From a bacterium (GTDB lineage Bacteria; SAR324; XYD2-FULL-50-16): a stretch of DNA of 64,000 nucleotides. The position numbers and the translations under genes were made by a program. The notes below the pieces were generated by a model that saw nothing but the letters and a program-made list of their open reading frames with translations, was not told the origin of the DNA and ran no database searches. This document shows, piece after piece, positions 41,014-51,146 of this stretch; positions within the stretch are counted from its first letter, which is position 1, and each line of letters starts with the position of its first letter. The stretch spans positions 1-64,000 of the forward strand of contig JAVVEA010000018.1 of NCBI GenBank assembly GCA_032250835.1. Reading direction: 5' to 3'.

Positions 41014-43701
41014 TTGCAGTTGTTCCGCCTACCCATTTTGTGGATGCTTTTAGGTTTCCTCTTTTGCGGAACCTTAAGTAGCTACGCCCAAAATGCGGTA
41101 GAGGTAACACCCGAATTCCTTCGCTGGGAGAAGCGCGACCACCGCCTGTACTTGGCCTTAACGCTCAGCAACCTTTCGGAAAAAGCCACGCAGGTCTACG
41201 GCGAAGTCGATCTTTCCACCAGCCAATACCGCAAACGCATCCGCTTTGAATACCCCCTAGCCTTCCAGGGCGAACGCAGCCTTGAAGTCCGTGGCCCGGA
41301 GATGGACTTCTTAGACGAGGACTTCTTGGTGGTGTCGGTCCAAATATTCGATGCCAACAGCAAAAAAGCTTTAGACCAAACCGACAAGTTCAGCGTCCCC
41401 CTGCCCCGCGATCCGGAAACTTTACTGCGCTCTCAAGGGGCTCTACTCCTGCTTTTTGCCGCAACCGAAGACAAGGCCACCGAGCTTGCGGAGCGCACCA
41501 CCAAACCCACCCGGATGGTGCCTACGGTTAAAGCAGAGCGACACGGAGAGGTCCTGTGGCAGACCGAAGGGGTAACCAGCAACTGGGGCCAGGAATTGGT
41601 CGAAGGCCTAAACCTGCGCGAAAACGCCGTTGAGGTGGTCTTAAAACCCCAACTGGTGGTTCGTATGTCGCAGCCCGTAGTGGCGCGTAGCTTCCGCCCC
41701 TCTTTGGTCAGTCTGGTCGGCGTCGAAGGGGAAGGGGAAGGGGTTGAGGTTGCGCTCACCACCAAACTTGAGAACGACCACCTGCTCATTACGCCGGACC
41801 AAGACTTGCAGCGCGGTACCCGCTATGAATTGAGTTTAAGCCCCGGCATGATCGGCAATAAGGGGCTCAAACAAACGACGGCCCGCAAATGGAAGTTTTC
41901 GACTATCGGCGGTGTCGCTGGAAAATTCGAGGTGCTCGAAAGCAAGCCCCAGAACTTAGAGACCAAGGTCTCGATCTCCGGTCCGGTCCGTCTTTTGTTT
42001 ACCGACCTGCCCGATGCCCGCAGCGTCGAGCCCACCACGGTCCAGCTATTCAAAGGCGAGGTCCAGGTGCCGGTCCGGTTGCGCTTAAGGGGCAAACAAT
42101 TGCTTTTCCAGCCCATCAAACCGCTTGAGTTCTCGACAGCCTACCGATTCCAAGTTCAGGGCATCAGCGACCATCAAGGACGCGAAGTGCTGCCCTTCGG
42201 TGCCAGTTTCACTACCGAAGACAAGGAAACCCGAGCGAAGACTTTAGCTTTAAAAGGCATGTTCCCAGGCCCCAAAACCTCGGGCCTGTCGCCAGAGACC
42301 GAAATTTGGGTGCAGTTCGACCAAAAAGTCGAGCCCGCTACGGTAGCAGAAGGGGCGGGGCTCTTCGAGGGGGACAACCGAGTTGAGGGTAGTTGGGTGG
42401 CCGAAGGGGACCGGATTCGCTTTACGCCCACTGCGCCGTTGCAGTATAATAAAGTCTATGTGGTACGCCTGAACGAAGGCCTAAAAAGCAAAGAAGGCGG
42501 TGGCCTACGCGAGGATGTGGCTTGGCCCTTTGCCACCAAAAAAGACCTGGGCTACCCTGAGCAAATAGACCCCAACGTTTTGATCTTTAGTTCCAGCCAC
42601 GAGCTGGTTAGTTATTTGCCCCAACGTAAAGGCACCCTAAAGATCGGGATAACGGCCTTTGGCCAGATCAAACAAGTAGACGTCAACGGTAAGCTCCTCC
42701 CGATCAAACCGGACACGCAAGTGGAGTTTAACTTGGACTACTACCTACGCCAACGGACCACCAAATTCCAGGTGTCGGTGGTCACCGAGGCGGGATTGGG
42801 CCAAAAGACGTTCACCATCAACCTAGGGTCCAAGGAAGAGGGCTTCAGTTCACGCTTAATCAGCATTGCTTCGGTGCAGAATATTGACAACGTAAACAGC
42901 GAAGCGGCGGACCAAACCGCCGATGCGGCGACCAAATCGTCGATCACCTTGGTCCCACAGCTACAATATCGTTTCTCTAAAAACCAAGCAGTGGCTCTCA
43001 AGGGTGTTATCCTGAGGGAAAAGTACTCAAATTCTAGTTTCCAAGCCCTAGAAGCGGCCTTTACCCAAGTGGCCTTAGAGTGGGAGGCCAAACAAACTTG
43101 GGTCGGTACGGCAGTCACCAACCTAGGTTGGAACGATATTCGCACTGATAACAGCAGTCCTGCGCTGGGCAAGTCCAAATTATTGGCCGAAACCTATCTG
43201 AACTTTGAAGCGACCCAGAGCTTGAGCAAAGAGACCCAGTTCAAGGAAAAATTGGAAGGAAAGTATTCCAACACCATTGCGGAGGCCGCATCGGTAGACG
43301 ACGAAGCCGATGCCACCGTTTCAACCTTAACGCTGCAAGCGAAGACCAAGTTCTTCGAGGTAGGCCACCAATTTGACTTCAGCTACGAGATCAACGACGC
43401 TGTGGGGAAATACCAAGACCAGACCGCCTACAAACTGGGCGTTAAGTTTTCTAAAAAGCTCGGGCCCCTGTCGCCGAGCCTAAATATTTACCAGAAGACC
43501 ACCGAATATGGGGTTTTAAACCCCACCTACGGGGTTGCCTTAAAAAACGTATCTAGTCAGGCAGATTTAAAAGTAAGCTGGTCGATCTTGCCCAAGTTGC
43601 AGTTGGGCGGAGAATATAAATACAAAAGCCAGCAGTCAAACTATGCAGCCAAGACCTTTACGGTCAGCACTTACGGACTTAGCTTGACCCACATTTGGTA
43701 A
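41014..43701 (+). CDS. Exported protein with about three Big_5-like Ig domains and a C-terminal outer-membrane beta-barrel
   Basis: Signal peptide; repeated P..L...T.Y...W/.FST/FTT/FAT Ig ends; last ~290 aa amphipathic strands ending GLSLTHIW. Confidence 0.72.
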   Translation: MQLFRLPILWMLLGFLFCGTLSSYAQNAVEVTPEFLRWEKRDHRLYLALTLSNLSEKATQVYGEVDLSTSQYRKRIRFEYPLAFQGERSLEVRGPEMDFLDEDFLVVSVQIFDANSKKALDQTDKFSVPLPRDPETLLRSQGALLLLFAATEDKATELAERTTKPTRMVPTVKAERHGEVLWQTEGVTSNWGQELVEGLNLRENAVEVVLKPQLVVRMSQPVVARSFRPSLVSLVGVEGEGEGVEVALTTKLENDHLLITPDQDLQRGTRYELSLSPGMIGNKGLKQTTARKWKFSTIGGVAGKFEVLESKPQNLETKVSISGPVRLLFTDLPDARSVEPTTVQLFKGEVQVPVRLRLRGKQLLFQPIKPLEFSTAYRFQVQGISDHQGREVLPFGASFTTEDKETRAKTLALKGMFPGPKTSGLSPETEIWVQFDQKVEPATVAEGAGLFEGDNRVEGSWVAEGDRIRFTPTAPLQYNKVYVVRLNEGLKSKEGGGLREDVAWPFATKKDLGYPEQIDPNVLIFSSSHELVSYLPQRKGTLKIGITAFGQIKQVDVNGKLLPIKPDTQVEFNLDYYLRQRTTKFQVSVVTEAGLGQKTFTINLGSKEEGFSSRLISIASVQNIDNVNSEAADQTADAATKSSITLVPQLQYRFSKNQAVALKGVILREKYSNSSFQALEAAFTQVALEWEAKQTWVGTAVTNLGWNDIRTDNSSPALGKSKLLAETYLNFEATQSLSKETQFKEKLEGKYSNTIAEAASVDDEADATVSTLTLQAKTKFFEVGHQFDFSYEINDAVGKYQDQTAYKLGVKFSKKLGPLSPSLNIYQKTTEYGVLNPTYGVALKNVSSQADLKVSWSILPKLQLGGEYKYKSQQSNYAAKTFTVSTYGLSLTHIW

Positions 43702-43718
43702 AAAGACCGGTAATTCTC

Positions 43719-45128
43719 ATGAAGCAGCCCAAACTCCTCCTGATCCTTTTGACTTTCTGTCTCGCCTTGCCCATCCCCGGCTGGGTGCCGGATCTGGCGG
43801 CGGCGGAGGTCGTAGCGCGGATGACTCTGGTCGAAGGGACCATCAAGGTCCGCCGGGGCGGTAAAGACCTCATCTACCGCCGTAAGGGAGAAAAGATTGA
43901 GCTTTCGAACGGCGACAGCATCCAAACCGGTGCTAACACCAAAGCCCAGGTTGTCTTGCTGGCTAAAGAGGACACCATTGATCTGGCTTCGAACAGCTTC
44001 TTGAACGTCAACAACGTCTCGGGCGATACCCGCGAATTAGGCATGCCCATCGGCAAGGCGCAATTTAAGGTCAAGCCCCTGACCAGCCCCTTGGCCCCCG
44101 GTGCAGTCCGCCCCTTCCGCATCCGCACCGTCAACGCCTTGGTGGGGGTCAAAGGGACCGAGTTTGTCTTGGGCACCGGTGCCGAACAAACCAGCCTCTT
44201 GACCTTAGAAGGTAACGTAACCATTGCCAACATCAAGACCCCTGATGTGGAAGTGGAGGTCAAACAAAACCAAGTGGCCCAAATCACCAAGGCCGCTCCG
44301 CCGACCCAGCCGGTAGCGGTCTCACCACAACAGGCCCAAAACATCGTTACCGCCGATAGCCCCAAGGCCTTCTCTACCGTCCAGTTCGGCGAGCCCGTCT
44401 CCTCAACTAAAGACTCGAAGAAGAAAGAAGAGAAGAAAGACGAGAAGAAAGAAGAAAAGAAAGACGAGAAGAAGGAAGAGAAGAAAGAAGAAAAGAAAGA
44501 CGAGAAGAAGGAAGACGCCAAGAAGGGCGGACCTGCCGCTAAAGACGAAAAGGCCGACAAAGACCCCAAGGCTGGCGACAAAGCAGGCAAGGATGAAGGA
44601 CCCAAGTCCGCCGCTAAGGCTGGTGGAACGGGCGGTGAAGGTGGTCCTAGTGGACCCGGTGCCGGTGGTCCTGCGGCTCCGGGAGCGGCCGGTGGCCCCG
44701 GTGAAGGAGCGGGTCCTGGCGGCCTAGCGGGCCCCGAAGGAGCCGGTCCGGGCGGTGAAGGTGCGGCGGTGTTAGCGGGCGGTCCTGATGGAGCCCCTGG
44801 GCCCGAAGGCCTAAGCGGTCCTGACGGAGCTGGTCCTGCCTTGGATGCCCCTGGCGGCTTGGATACCCCCGGTGCCGAGGTCGCAACCCTTAACTTTGAG
44901 TCCGGAGACGATTTCGGCGACTTTGGTGCCGAGTTTGAAGAGGACGGACTTGGGGACTTGCCGCTCTTAGAAGACGACTTTTTTGTCGAAGTCCCCACCG
45001 ATGAATTGGTCCAAACCATCATTGATCAAGTGACTGAGCAGGTAAATACAGCAACCGAAACAGTGATCGATCAGATCCAAACCACAGCGGCCCAGCCCGC
45101 TCCGGTAACCATCCAGATCAATCACTAG
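43719..45128 (+). CDS. FecR-domain protein with long low-complexity C-terminal extension
   Basis: GDSIQTG, FRIRTVNALVGVKGTEF, TLEGNV; KK(E/D)E repeats, Gly/Pro/Ala tract, acidic tract. Confidence 0.85.
   Translation: MKQPKLLLILLTFCLALPIPGWVPDLAAAEVVARMTLVEGTIKVRRGGKDLIYRRKGEKIELSNGDSIQTGANTKAQVVLLAKEDTIDLASNSFLNVNNVSGDTRELGMPIGKAQFKVKPLTSPLAPGAVRPFRIRTVNALVGVKGTEFVLGTGAEQTSLLTLEGNVTIANIKTPDVEVEVKQNQVAQITKAAPPTQPVAVSPQQAQNIVTADSPKAFSTVQFGEPVSSTKDSKKKEEKKDEKKEEKKDEKKEEKKEEKKDEKKEDAKKGGPAAKDEKADKDPKAGDKAGKDEGPKSAAKAGGTGGEGGPSGPGAGGPAAPGAAGGPGEGAGPGGLAGPEGAGPGGEGAAVLAGGPDGAPGPEGLSGPDGAGPALDAPGGLDTPGAEVATLNFESGDDFGDFGAEFEEDGLGDLPLLEDDFFVEVPTDELVQTIIDQVTEQVNTATETVIDQIQTTAAQPAPVTIQINH
44421..44516 (+). 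repeat. Eight tandem 12-bp units encoding KKEE/KKDE/KKED
   Basis: AAGAAAGAAGAG-like units read directly. Confidence 0.9.
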
Positions 45129-45137
45129 GAGGCCAAA

Positions 45138-48100
45138 ATGAAAAGCAATTTCAGCTGGTTAAACTGGGTAGTTCTCCTGAGCGGAACGCTGGCTTTACTG
45201 GGCCTGGGCTCTTGCAACAAGCCCAAGGACCGCAGCCAATATAAAGGCCATACCGAGTATGTTAGCGTTTCGGTCAACTTAAACAAACCAGCCGGTAAAA
45301 GCTTTAACCACGGGAGCCTGCGGGCCAAAGAATCCAGCCTCCCACCGGACACCCAAACTTCCTTGATTTTGGCGGTACCGGGCGCCGAAAACTTCCAGGG
45401 AAATTACTTAGGCCTGACGCAGGTGATCGATGCGGCTTTGTTGGACCTGAACACCCATCAGGTGACCTTGACGCTGCCCAAAGATACGCCGATGCGGCTC
45501 TTTGAGTACACCTTCTCTAGCCGTTGGCCCAGCCCCGATGCCATCCGCACCGCCAACCCTCCGGCCATCGCCGGGGCGGACCTGGGGCCCATCACCATCG
45601 GGACCGGAACGGTCAACTTAGTGCTGAATTCGACGTTGGTCCCCTTGACCCGACCGAGTAGGCTAGAAATCATCACCACCGACCATTTCTTGGCTATCGG
45701 CGGCACCAAACAACTCTTTGCCATCGGCTCATACCCCGACGGCTCGGCTCAGGACTTAACGACCCTGGTCAATTGGACTTCGGGCTCGCCCACCATCGCT
45801 TCGGTAAGCAATGATTTGGCCACTTCCAAAGGCTTAGTGACGGGCCTGACCAAAGGCGGCGTCTTGATCAACGCTTCGGTCTTGGGCACTGAAGCGCTTT
45901 ATCAGATCAACGTCAGCAACCTGAACCTTTCGACCTACTATTCGACTATGGTCACCTCGGGAAGCTATGCCTTTGATGCCAATGACGATGGGTTTGGAGG
46001 TTTGGAATATTACGCCCAGCACACCACTTGGCAGCCCTCTTATAGCGAAGATTTTCTGGTGGTCACCGACGCCAACCGGACACCGACCCCGGCGGTACGC
46101 ACCAAGGTTCGGTACGTCTTAGAAGGTCCCAACTGGGTGCCTGACAACTTTGTCCCTACCGCCATCAGCTCGGACGCCATCAACAGCAAACTGAGCTTCG
46201 GTAGTCCCGCTGGCTATATTCAGTTGGTCGGGGCCCGCGAACTTGGCGGGCAGGTGGAGCAAGTGGACACCAACCAAGTTACCCTTAGCGTGCCCATGGG
46301 CCCAGGAGCGGTGGCCTACGAAATTGAATACCTGCTGGACTACGGAGCCCCACAATATACCATTGAGCGCCCCGAAGTGCCCAAAAACGGAACCACCGCC
46401 TACGCAACCTTAGAAGAATTCCTTACCGCTGGAGCGACTGACCCCTTTGATTGCACCAACAACGTGCCCAACTTCTGCCTGATGTTTGACTATGTGGCTG
46501 GGCAGACTGCCGGGAATCTAATTGAATTTGAATTAGACGCCAACTACAACCCTGTGGGGACCACCAGTGTGGGAGGCACCTGGAGCCTAAGCACCGTCAA
46601 TGGGCAGCCTATTTTAACGGCCATACCCTATAACCCCGCCTTCAGCCAGAACCACGGCCCTCCCGGTGACCCCATCTGGGGTATTTACAATGGGCAGGTT
46701 ATGCGCGGCCAAATCAGAGCCCCACAGGAATATGGGTTTTTCACCGAATACAACGCCGCGGCGGCCAACTCGGTCTTGGCCTTCCTCGGGAGCGCCCCGC
46801 CCGAACTTTTTGTCTCCCCCTGGTATAACCCAGGCGGCAGCACAGGCGGCGTAACTACGTCGATCCCCCAAGGTTTGGGCTTTAATGGCGCTCAAGCGAT
46901 TAAAAACAGTACCGCTTCCCTTTTGGGGATCACCAACAGCTTCACCATCGGCGTTTGGTTTAAAGCCAGTTCGTTGGGCCCTGCCTCGTTAGTGGAGATC
47001 CAGCAGCCCGGTGGCGTGGTCGAAAACGCCATCACCCTGAGTACCGACGCATCGGGTTTCCTCGCGGCAACGATCCAAGACAGTGTTAACGCAGCCTCCA
47101 ACTACGCGATTACCCCGACCACCATGCCCATCACCGTTGGGGAACCTCATTTCGCCACCCTCAGCTGGGACGGTTCGGTCCTCTCCGTCACGCTAGATAG
47201 CGTAGACATCAGCAGCACGCCCACGGTAGTCGGGACTCCGGTGTTAACGGACATCGAGCGGATCGTTACCATTGGCAACGACAGCGTCAGCACCGGATTT
47301 TCCGGGCAAATCCACTCGGTGGCGGTCTGGAATTCGACCCTGAATCTCAGCGGTCTGACCGAATTGTCCGACATGGGCACCCGCGCCTTTAAAGACAATA
47401 TCTCCTTTAATATGACCACCTATAACGAGTCGGCCAACTTGATGCACTGGTGGAAATTCGACGACCAGACCTTTGGCTTTGGCGGGGACCTGGGCAATGG
47501 GGTCGCTCTAATGCTCGATTTGGGCAGCACCGGCCCGGCAGATTTAGCGCCCTATACCTGGGTGGACCCGACCAAATTGGTCCCGGCGGCGATCACCGCA
47601 CCGATCGGTTCGGACAACCTAATCAGCGGGCAGTCCTTTAATATCACCTGGAACCAGACCAATATTTCAGGCAACATAGTCCGAGTTTTCTTGATGCCCG
47701 TCCCGTTGGATCCCACCTGGTTGGACCAGACCGCCGCAGATATTGACGCCCGCGTGGCGGCGGCTGAATGGTACGACCTGACCGGCGGCGGCACCAGCAA
47801 CCTAGGGGGCAGCTATGCCTTCGACCCCTCGGGCTGGGGCTATTCGGGGCATTATTATCACTTGATGGTGATCGACGAATTGGGCAATTGGGACATCACC
47901 GACGCCCCCTTCGGCATCAACGACCCCAATGCGCCCATCAACGTGCCCATGGGCCTTAGCTTCAACGGGACGACCGAACATTTACTCAGTGCGTCGCTCA
48001 CCAATGTCTTTGACACGGCAGCGAGCTTCAGCATCGCGGTGTGGTTTAACCCCGCCGTGGGCAACACGGGCCAGCAGATGTTAGTGCAAGTCTCGGATGG

Positions 48101-49007
48101 CTCGGTGGTCAACCGAATCAATCTGATGCTCGACGGGGCTACCAATCAAGTGATTTTGCATATGCAAGACGGCACCAGCATCACCGAATACCAAAGCAAC
48201 GTCACCTACGTTCCAGGTCAAGAGAACTTTGTGGCCATCGCTTGGGACAACGCGACCCCGGCCTTGACGATGGTCTTAAACCAATCGGTCAACCCACAGA
48301 CTACCACCGGTACCCATACAGGCAACGTGTCGCTGTTCGATACGGCCCGCCAGGTTTCCATCGGCGGTGACATTACCGGGGCCACACCCTTCCAAGGAGA
48401 AATCCTGGGCGTGGGTATGTGGTCTACGGTATTGATAAGTAGCGAGATGACCGGCTTGGCTAGCGAACACCTGGGCCACCAGCTCGATCTGGCGACCAGC
48501 ACCACCAGCTACTACTCTGGGGGTACCCTGTCCCACTGGTGGCAATTCGATTGGGACCCGGTCAATCAGTTGGCAGATATGGGTCTAGGCACCTACCCCG
48601 CCCCGGTCGACATTGGAGTTACCAACGGCATCCTCAACCCCTTCTTAGTGGTCAATCCTACGGCCTACGTCGACGGTGCCTTCACTGCGCCCTTGGGAGG
48701 CGAGACTTATACCAGCGGTGTACCGACCAACGTCACCTGGAATCCCGCCTCCTTTACGGGCACCAACCTGAATATCTATATGCTGGGTATTGCGGCCAAT
48801 GCGCCAATGTCGCCTACCGACCCCAACTTAGCCGAGCAGATTTCCTCGGTCACGAAAAGGTACTTGAGCAGCGCCACCGTAGCCTCCGGCAGTTTCTCCT
48901 TTGACCCGAGTACTTACGGGATGCCCTCTAGTAGCCAGTTCCGGTTCTTGATCATCGACGATGCCGGTAACTGGGACTTAGTGGACGGGGATGTCTTCAC
49001 CTTCTAA
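45138..49007 (+). CDS. Large lipoprotein/adhesin: Big_2 Ig domain plus duplicated LamG-Ig module
   Basis: Lipobox LGSC (Cys26); GSYPDGSAQDLT..V.WTS..PTIASVSN (Big_2); two GL.FNG...SF.I.VWF LamG-like repeats. Confidence 0.8.
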   Translation: MKSNFSWLNWVVLLSGTLALLGLGSCNKPKDRSQYKGHTEYVSVSVNLNKPAGKSFNHGSLRAKESSLPPDTQTSLILAVPGAENFQGNYLGLTQVIDAALLDLNTHQVTLTLPKDTPMRLFEYTFSSRWPSPDAIRTANPPAIAGADLGPITIGTGTVNLVLNSTLVPLTRPSRLEIITTDHFLAIGGTKQLFAIGSYPDGSAQDLTTLVNWTSGSPTIASVSNDLATSKGLVTGLTKGGVLINASVLGTEALYQINVSNLNLSTYYSTMVTSGSYAFDANDDGFGGLEYYAQHTTWQPSYSEDFLVVTDANRTPTPAVRTKVRYVLEGPNWVPDNFVPTAISSDAINSKLSFGSPAGYIQLVGARELGGQVEQVDTNQVTLSVPMGPGAVAYEIEYLLDYGAPQYTIERPEVPKNGTTAYATLEEFLTAGATDPFDCTNNVPNFCLMFDYVAGQTAGNLIEFELDANYNPVGTTSVGGTWSLSTVNGQPILTAIPYNPAFSQNHGPPGDPIWGIYNGQVMRGQIRAPQEYGFFTEYNAAAANSVLAFLGSAPPELFVSPWYNPGGSTGGVTTSIPQGLGFNGAQAIKNSTASLLGITNSFTIGVWFKASSLGPASLVEIQQPGGVVENAITLSTDASGFLAATIQDSVNAASNYAITPTTMPITVGEPHFATLSWDGSVLSVTLDSVDISSTPTVVGTPVLTDIERIVTIGNDSVSTGFSGQIHSVAVWNSTLNLSGLTELSDMGTRAFKDNISFNMTTYNESANLMHWWKFDDQTFGFGGDLGNGVALMLDLGSTGPADLAPYTWVDPTKLVPAAITAPIGSDNLISGQSFNITWNQTNISGNIVRVFLMPVPLDPTWLDQTAADIDARVAAAEWYDLTGGGTSNLGGSYAFDPSGWGYSGHYYHLMVIDELGNWDITDAPFGINDPNAPINVPMGLSFNGTTEHLLSASLTNVFDTAASFSIAVWFNPAVGNTGQQMLVQVSDGSVVNRINLMLDGATNQVILHMQDGTSITEYQSNVTYVPGQENFVAIAWDNATPALTMVLNQSVNPQTTTGTHTGNVSLFDTARQVSIGGDITGATPFQGEILGVGMWSTVLISSEMTGLASEHLGHQLDLATSTTSYYSGGTLSHWWQFDWDPVNQLADMGLGTYPAPVDIGVTNGILNPFLVVNPTAYVDGAFTAPLGGETYTSGVPTNVTWNPASFTGTNLNIYMLGIAANAPMSPTDPNLAEQISSVTKRYLSSATVASGSFSFDPSTYGMPSSSQFRFLIIDDAGNWDLVDGDVFTF

Positions 49008-49012
49008 CCCTG

Positions 49013-49041
49013 CCAGCCTGCAGACGAAAATTGCAGGCTGG
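49013..49041 (+). terminator. 10-bp perfect hairpin after the lipoprotein gene (no T tail)
   Basis: CCAGCCTGCA ... TGCAGGCTGG. Confidence 0.45.
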
Positions 49042-49067
49042 ACGCCATTTATGAACCCAAGGGTCCC

Positions 49068-51146
49068 TTGTACTTTGTGCCCAATCGCCTCCTTTTATCC
49101 ACCTTGTTCATCTGGGGATATCTCCTGGGGGCCAGCGCCGCCAGCGCACAATCCACGCTGATCCTCACCGACCAAACTCGGTCGGTGGCCAGCAACCCCT
49201 TCTTGGAATTACTCGGCTCTACTGACGCCGAACTGAAACTAGTCCAAGCCCAACAGCTCGATCCCGTCCCCTGGCCGGACCCGTTAGACTTGGGCACGGT
49301 GTCTTTAGGTTACCGGAGCAGACCCGTTTGGTTGCATCTGAGGGTTAATAACCAGGGAACCCGACGCCATTGGCTGTTCGAGCAGGCCCATTGGACCACC
49401 TCCACCCTAGACCTTTACCAAGTGGGCCCCGGAGGTGAAGTGACCCACCAGCTTTCCGGCTCGTCGTTGCCCTATGACCAGCGGCCCTTTGACCACCGGC
49501 ATCTGGTCTTCCCCTTGAGCTTTGAAGCCGGCACGACCTACGACCTCTATTTTAGGGCTCAGTCTTTATATCCCCTAGAATTCCAGACCTTTATCTGGAA
49601 CCCTAAATCCTTTGTGAGTCATGTAGGCGTTACCGAAGGCCTGTTGATGCTGTTCTTCGGTATGTTGCTGGCTATGTTGGCCTTTAACCTATTGGTGCAG
49701 TTGGTGGTCCCTGACCGGGTTTACCTGCTATACGTGGCCTATGTAGCCAATATGGGGCTGTTTTTGGCGGTTTTGGACGGCGTTGCGTTACAATACCTCT
49801 GGCCCAAGTGGCCGGTTTGGAACCTCTGGGCCATGCCTTTTTTTGTGTCCACTGCTTCGACTGCCGCCATCCTCTTTGCCCAGCGGTTCTTGAGGACCCT
49901 TGAACGTGCCCCTAAGCTGCATTGGGCCTTATTCATCTTTCCGGTTTGGTCTTGGTCGATCTTTGCGGCTATGTTGCTCTTTGGGTATCAGTTTGAGTTT
50001 CTTTTCGGGCTCTTCGGGCTGGCCATCGCCCCCTTCTTATTGGGCACCAGCCTGTACCTGCTTTTTCAGGGGCACAAAGAAGCCCTGGTGTTTAGCATCG
50101 CCTGGCTCAGCCCCATGGTCGGTGTGGCTATCTTGGCCATGACGCTGTTGGGCTGGGTGCCCAATAACCGTTATACGCTTTATTTGATCAATGTGGGGCT
50201 TTTGGCCGATGTGGTTTTGCTGTCGGTGGCCATGTCCCACCGGATCAATTTGGCCCGGCGCGAGCAGGGGGCCGCGCAGGCGAAGTTATATGAACTGGAA
50301 CTAAGACATAGCCAGCAACTTGAAAGTGAGGTCCAAAAACGCACCGAGCAGTTGCGGCAAAGCGAATCGGAGTTGTTGCGCACCAACCGCGCCAAAGACC
50401 GGCTCTTTTCGATCATCGGTCATGACCTACGCGGTCCGATGGGCGCACTCTACGGCACCTTGGCCCTGCTGGATAAAAACCATCTGGAGATGGAAACCGA
50501 AGACCGGGCCGACTTTTTGGCGACCACCCACCGAGCCAGCCGGTTTTTGTTTGACCTGCTCTGCAACTTGCTGGATTGGGCCAAGACCCAGACCCAAGAC
50601 ATTGAGGTCAACGCCCAGGCCTTTGACTGGGTCCATCAGGCCCAAGAAATCGCGTCGGTCTACCAACCGCTCGCCCAAGGCAAGCAGGTCGAATTGAAGC
50701 TGGACCTACCCCCATCCGCCTGGGTGGTGACCGACCCGGCCCTCAGCGCGACGATCTTGCGCAACTTGGTCCACAACGCCCTTAAATTCACCCCCAAGGG
50801 GGGTGAGGTGGTGGTCGGTGGCCGCTGGACCGAGGCCAAGGATTGGGAAGTAGAGGTCCGCGACCAAGGGGTGGGCATGGACGCGGCACGCCTGCGTTCG
50901 GTCTTGGGCGCGGCCCAATTGGAACCCGGCGAAGATACAGACGAAGAAACCAGCAGCGGGCTGGGTTTAGTGCTCTGCCGCCAACTGGGCCAACTGTTAG
51001 GCACCCAGTTGCAGGCCGAAAGCGAGCCCGGCCAGGGCAGTCGGTTCTGGTTTCAGCTTCCTGGCGCTGGTCACCCGCCAAGGAGCTTCGAGCGAAGCGA
51101 GGGCGACGGGCGTAGCGACGCGAGCCGGCGAGCGTTGCCAACATAA
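49068..51146 (+). CDS. 7TMR-DISM sensor histidine kinase
   Basis: LGY...VWL.L, G...P...RP..HR..VFP; 7 TM; GHDLRGP, NALKFT, DQGVG, GLGL. Confidence 0.9.
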   Translation: MYFVPNRLLLSTLFIWGYLLGASAASAQSTLILTDQTRSVASNPFLELLGSTDAELKLVQAQQLDPVPWPDPLDLGTVSLGYRSRPVWLHLRVNNQGTRRHWLFEQAHWTTSTLDLYQVGPGGEVTHQLSGSSLPYDQRPFDHRHLVFPLSFEAGTTYDLYFRAQSLYPLEFQTFIWNPKSFVSHVGVTEGLLMLFFGMLLAMLAFNLLVQLVVPDRVYLLYVAYVANMGLFLAVLDGVALQYLWPKWPVWNLWAMPFFVSTASTAAILFAQRFLRTLERAPKLHWALFIFPVWSWSIFAAMLLFGYQFEFLFGLFGLAIAPFLLGTSLYLLFQGHKEALVFSIAWLSPMVGVAILAMTLLGWVPNNRYTLYLINVGLLADVVLLSVAMSHRINLARREQGAAQAKLYELELRHSQQLESEVQKRTEQLRQSESELLRTNRAKDRLFSIIGHDLRGPMGALYGTLALLDKNHLEMETEDRADFLATTHRASRFLFDLLCNLLDWAKTQTQDIEVNAQAFDWVHQAQEIASVYQPLAQGKQVELKLDLPPSAWVVTDPALSATILRNLVHNALKFTPKGGEVVVGGRWTEAKDWEVEVRDQGVGMDAARLRSVLGAAQLEPGEDTDEETSSGLGLVLCRQLGQLLGTQLQAESEPGQGSRFWFQLPGAGHPPRSFERSEGDGRSDASRRALPT

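Noticed and set aside
43874-45022. 382-aa minus-strand ORF with FFSS repeats
   Set aside because: Reverse complement of the KKEE and Gly-Pro tracts of the FecR gene; low complexity explains the lack of stops
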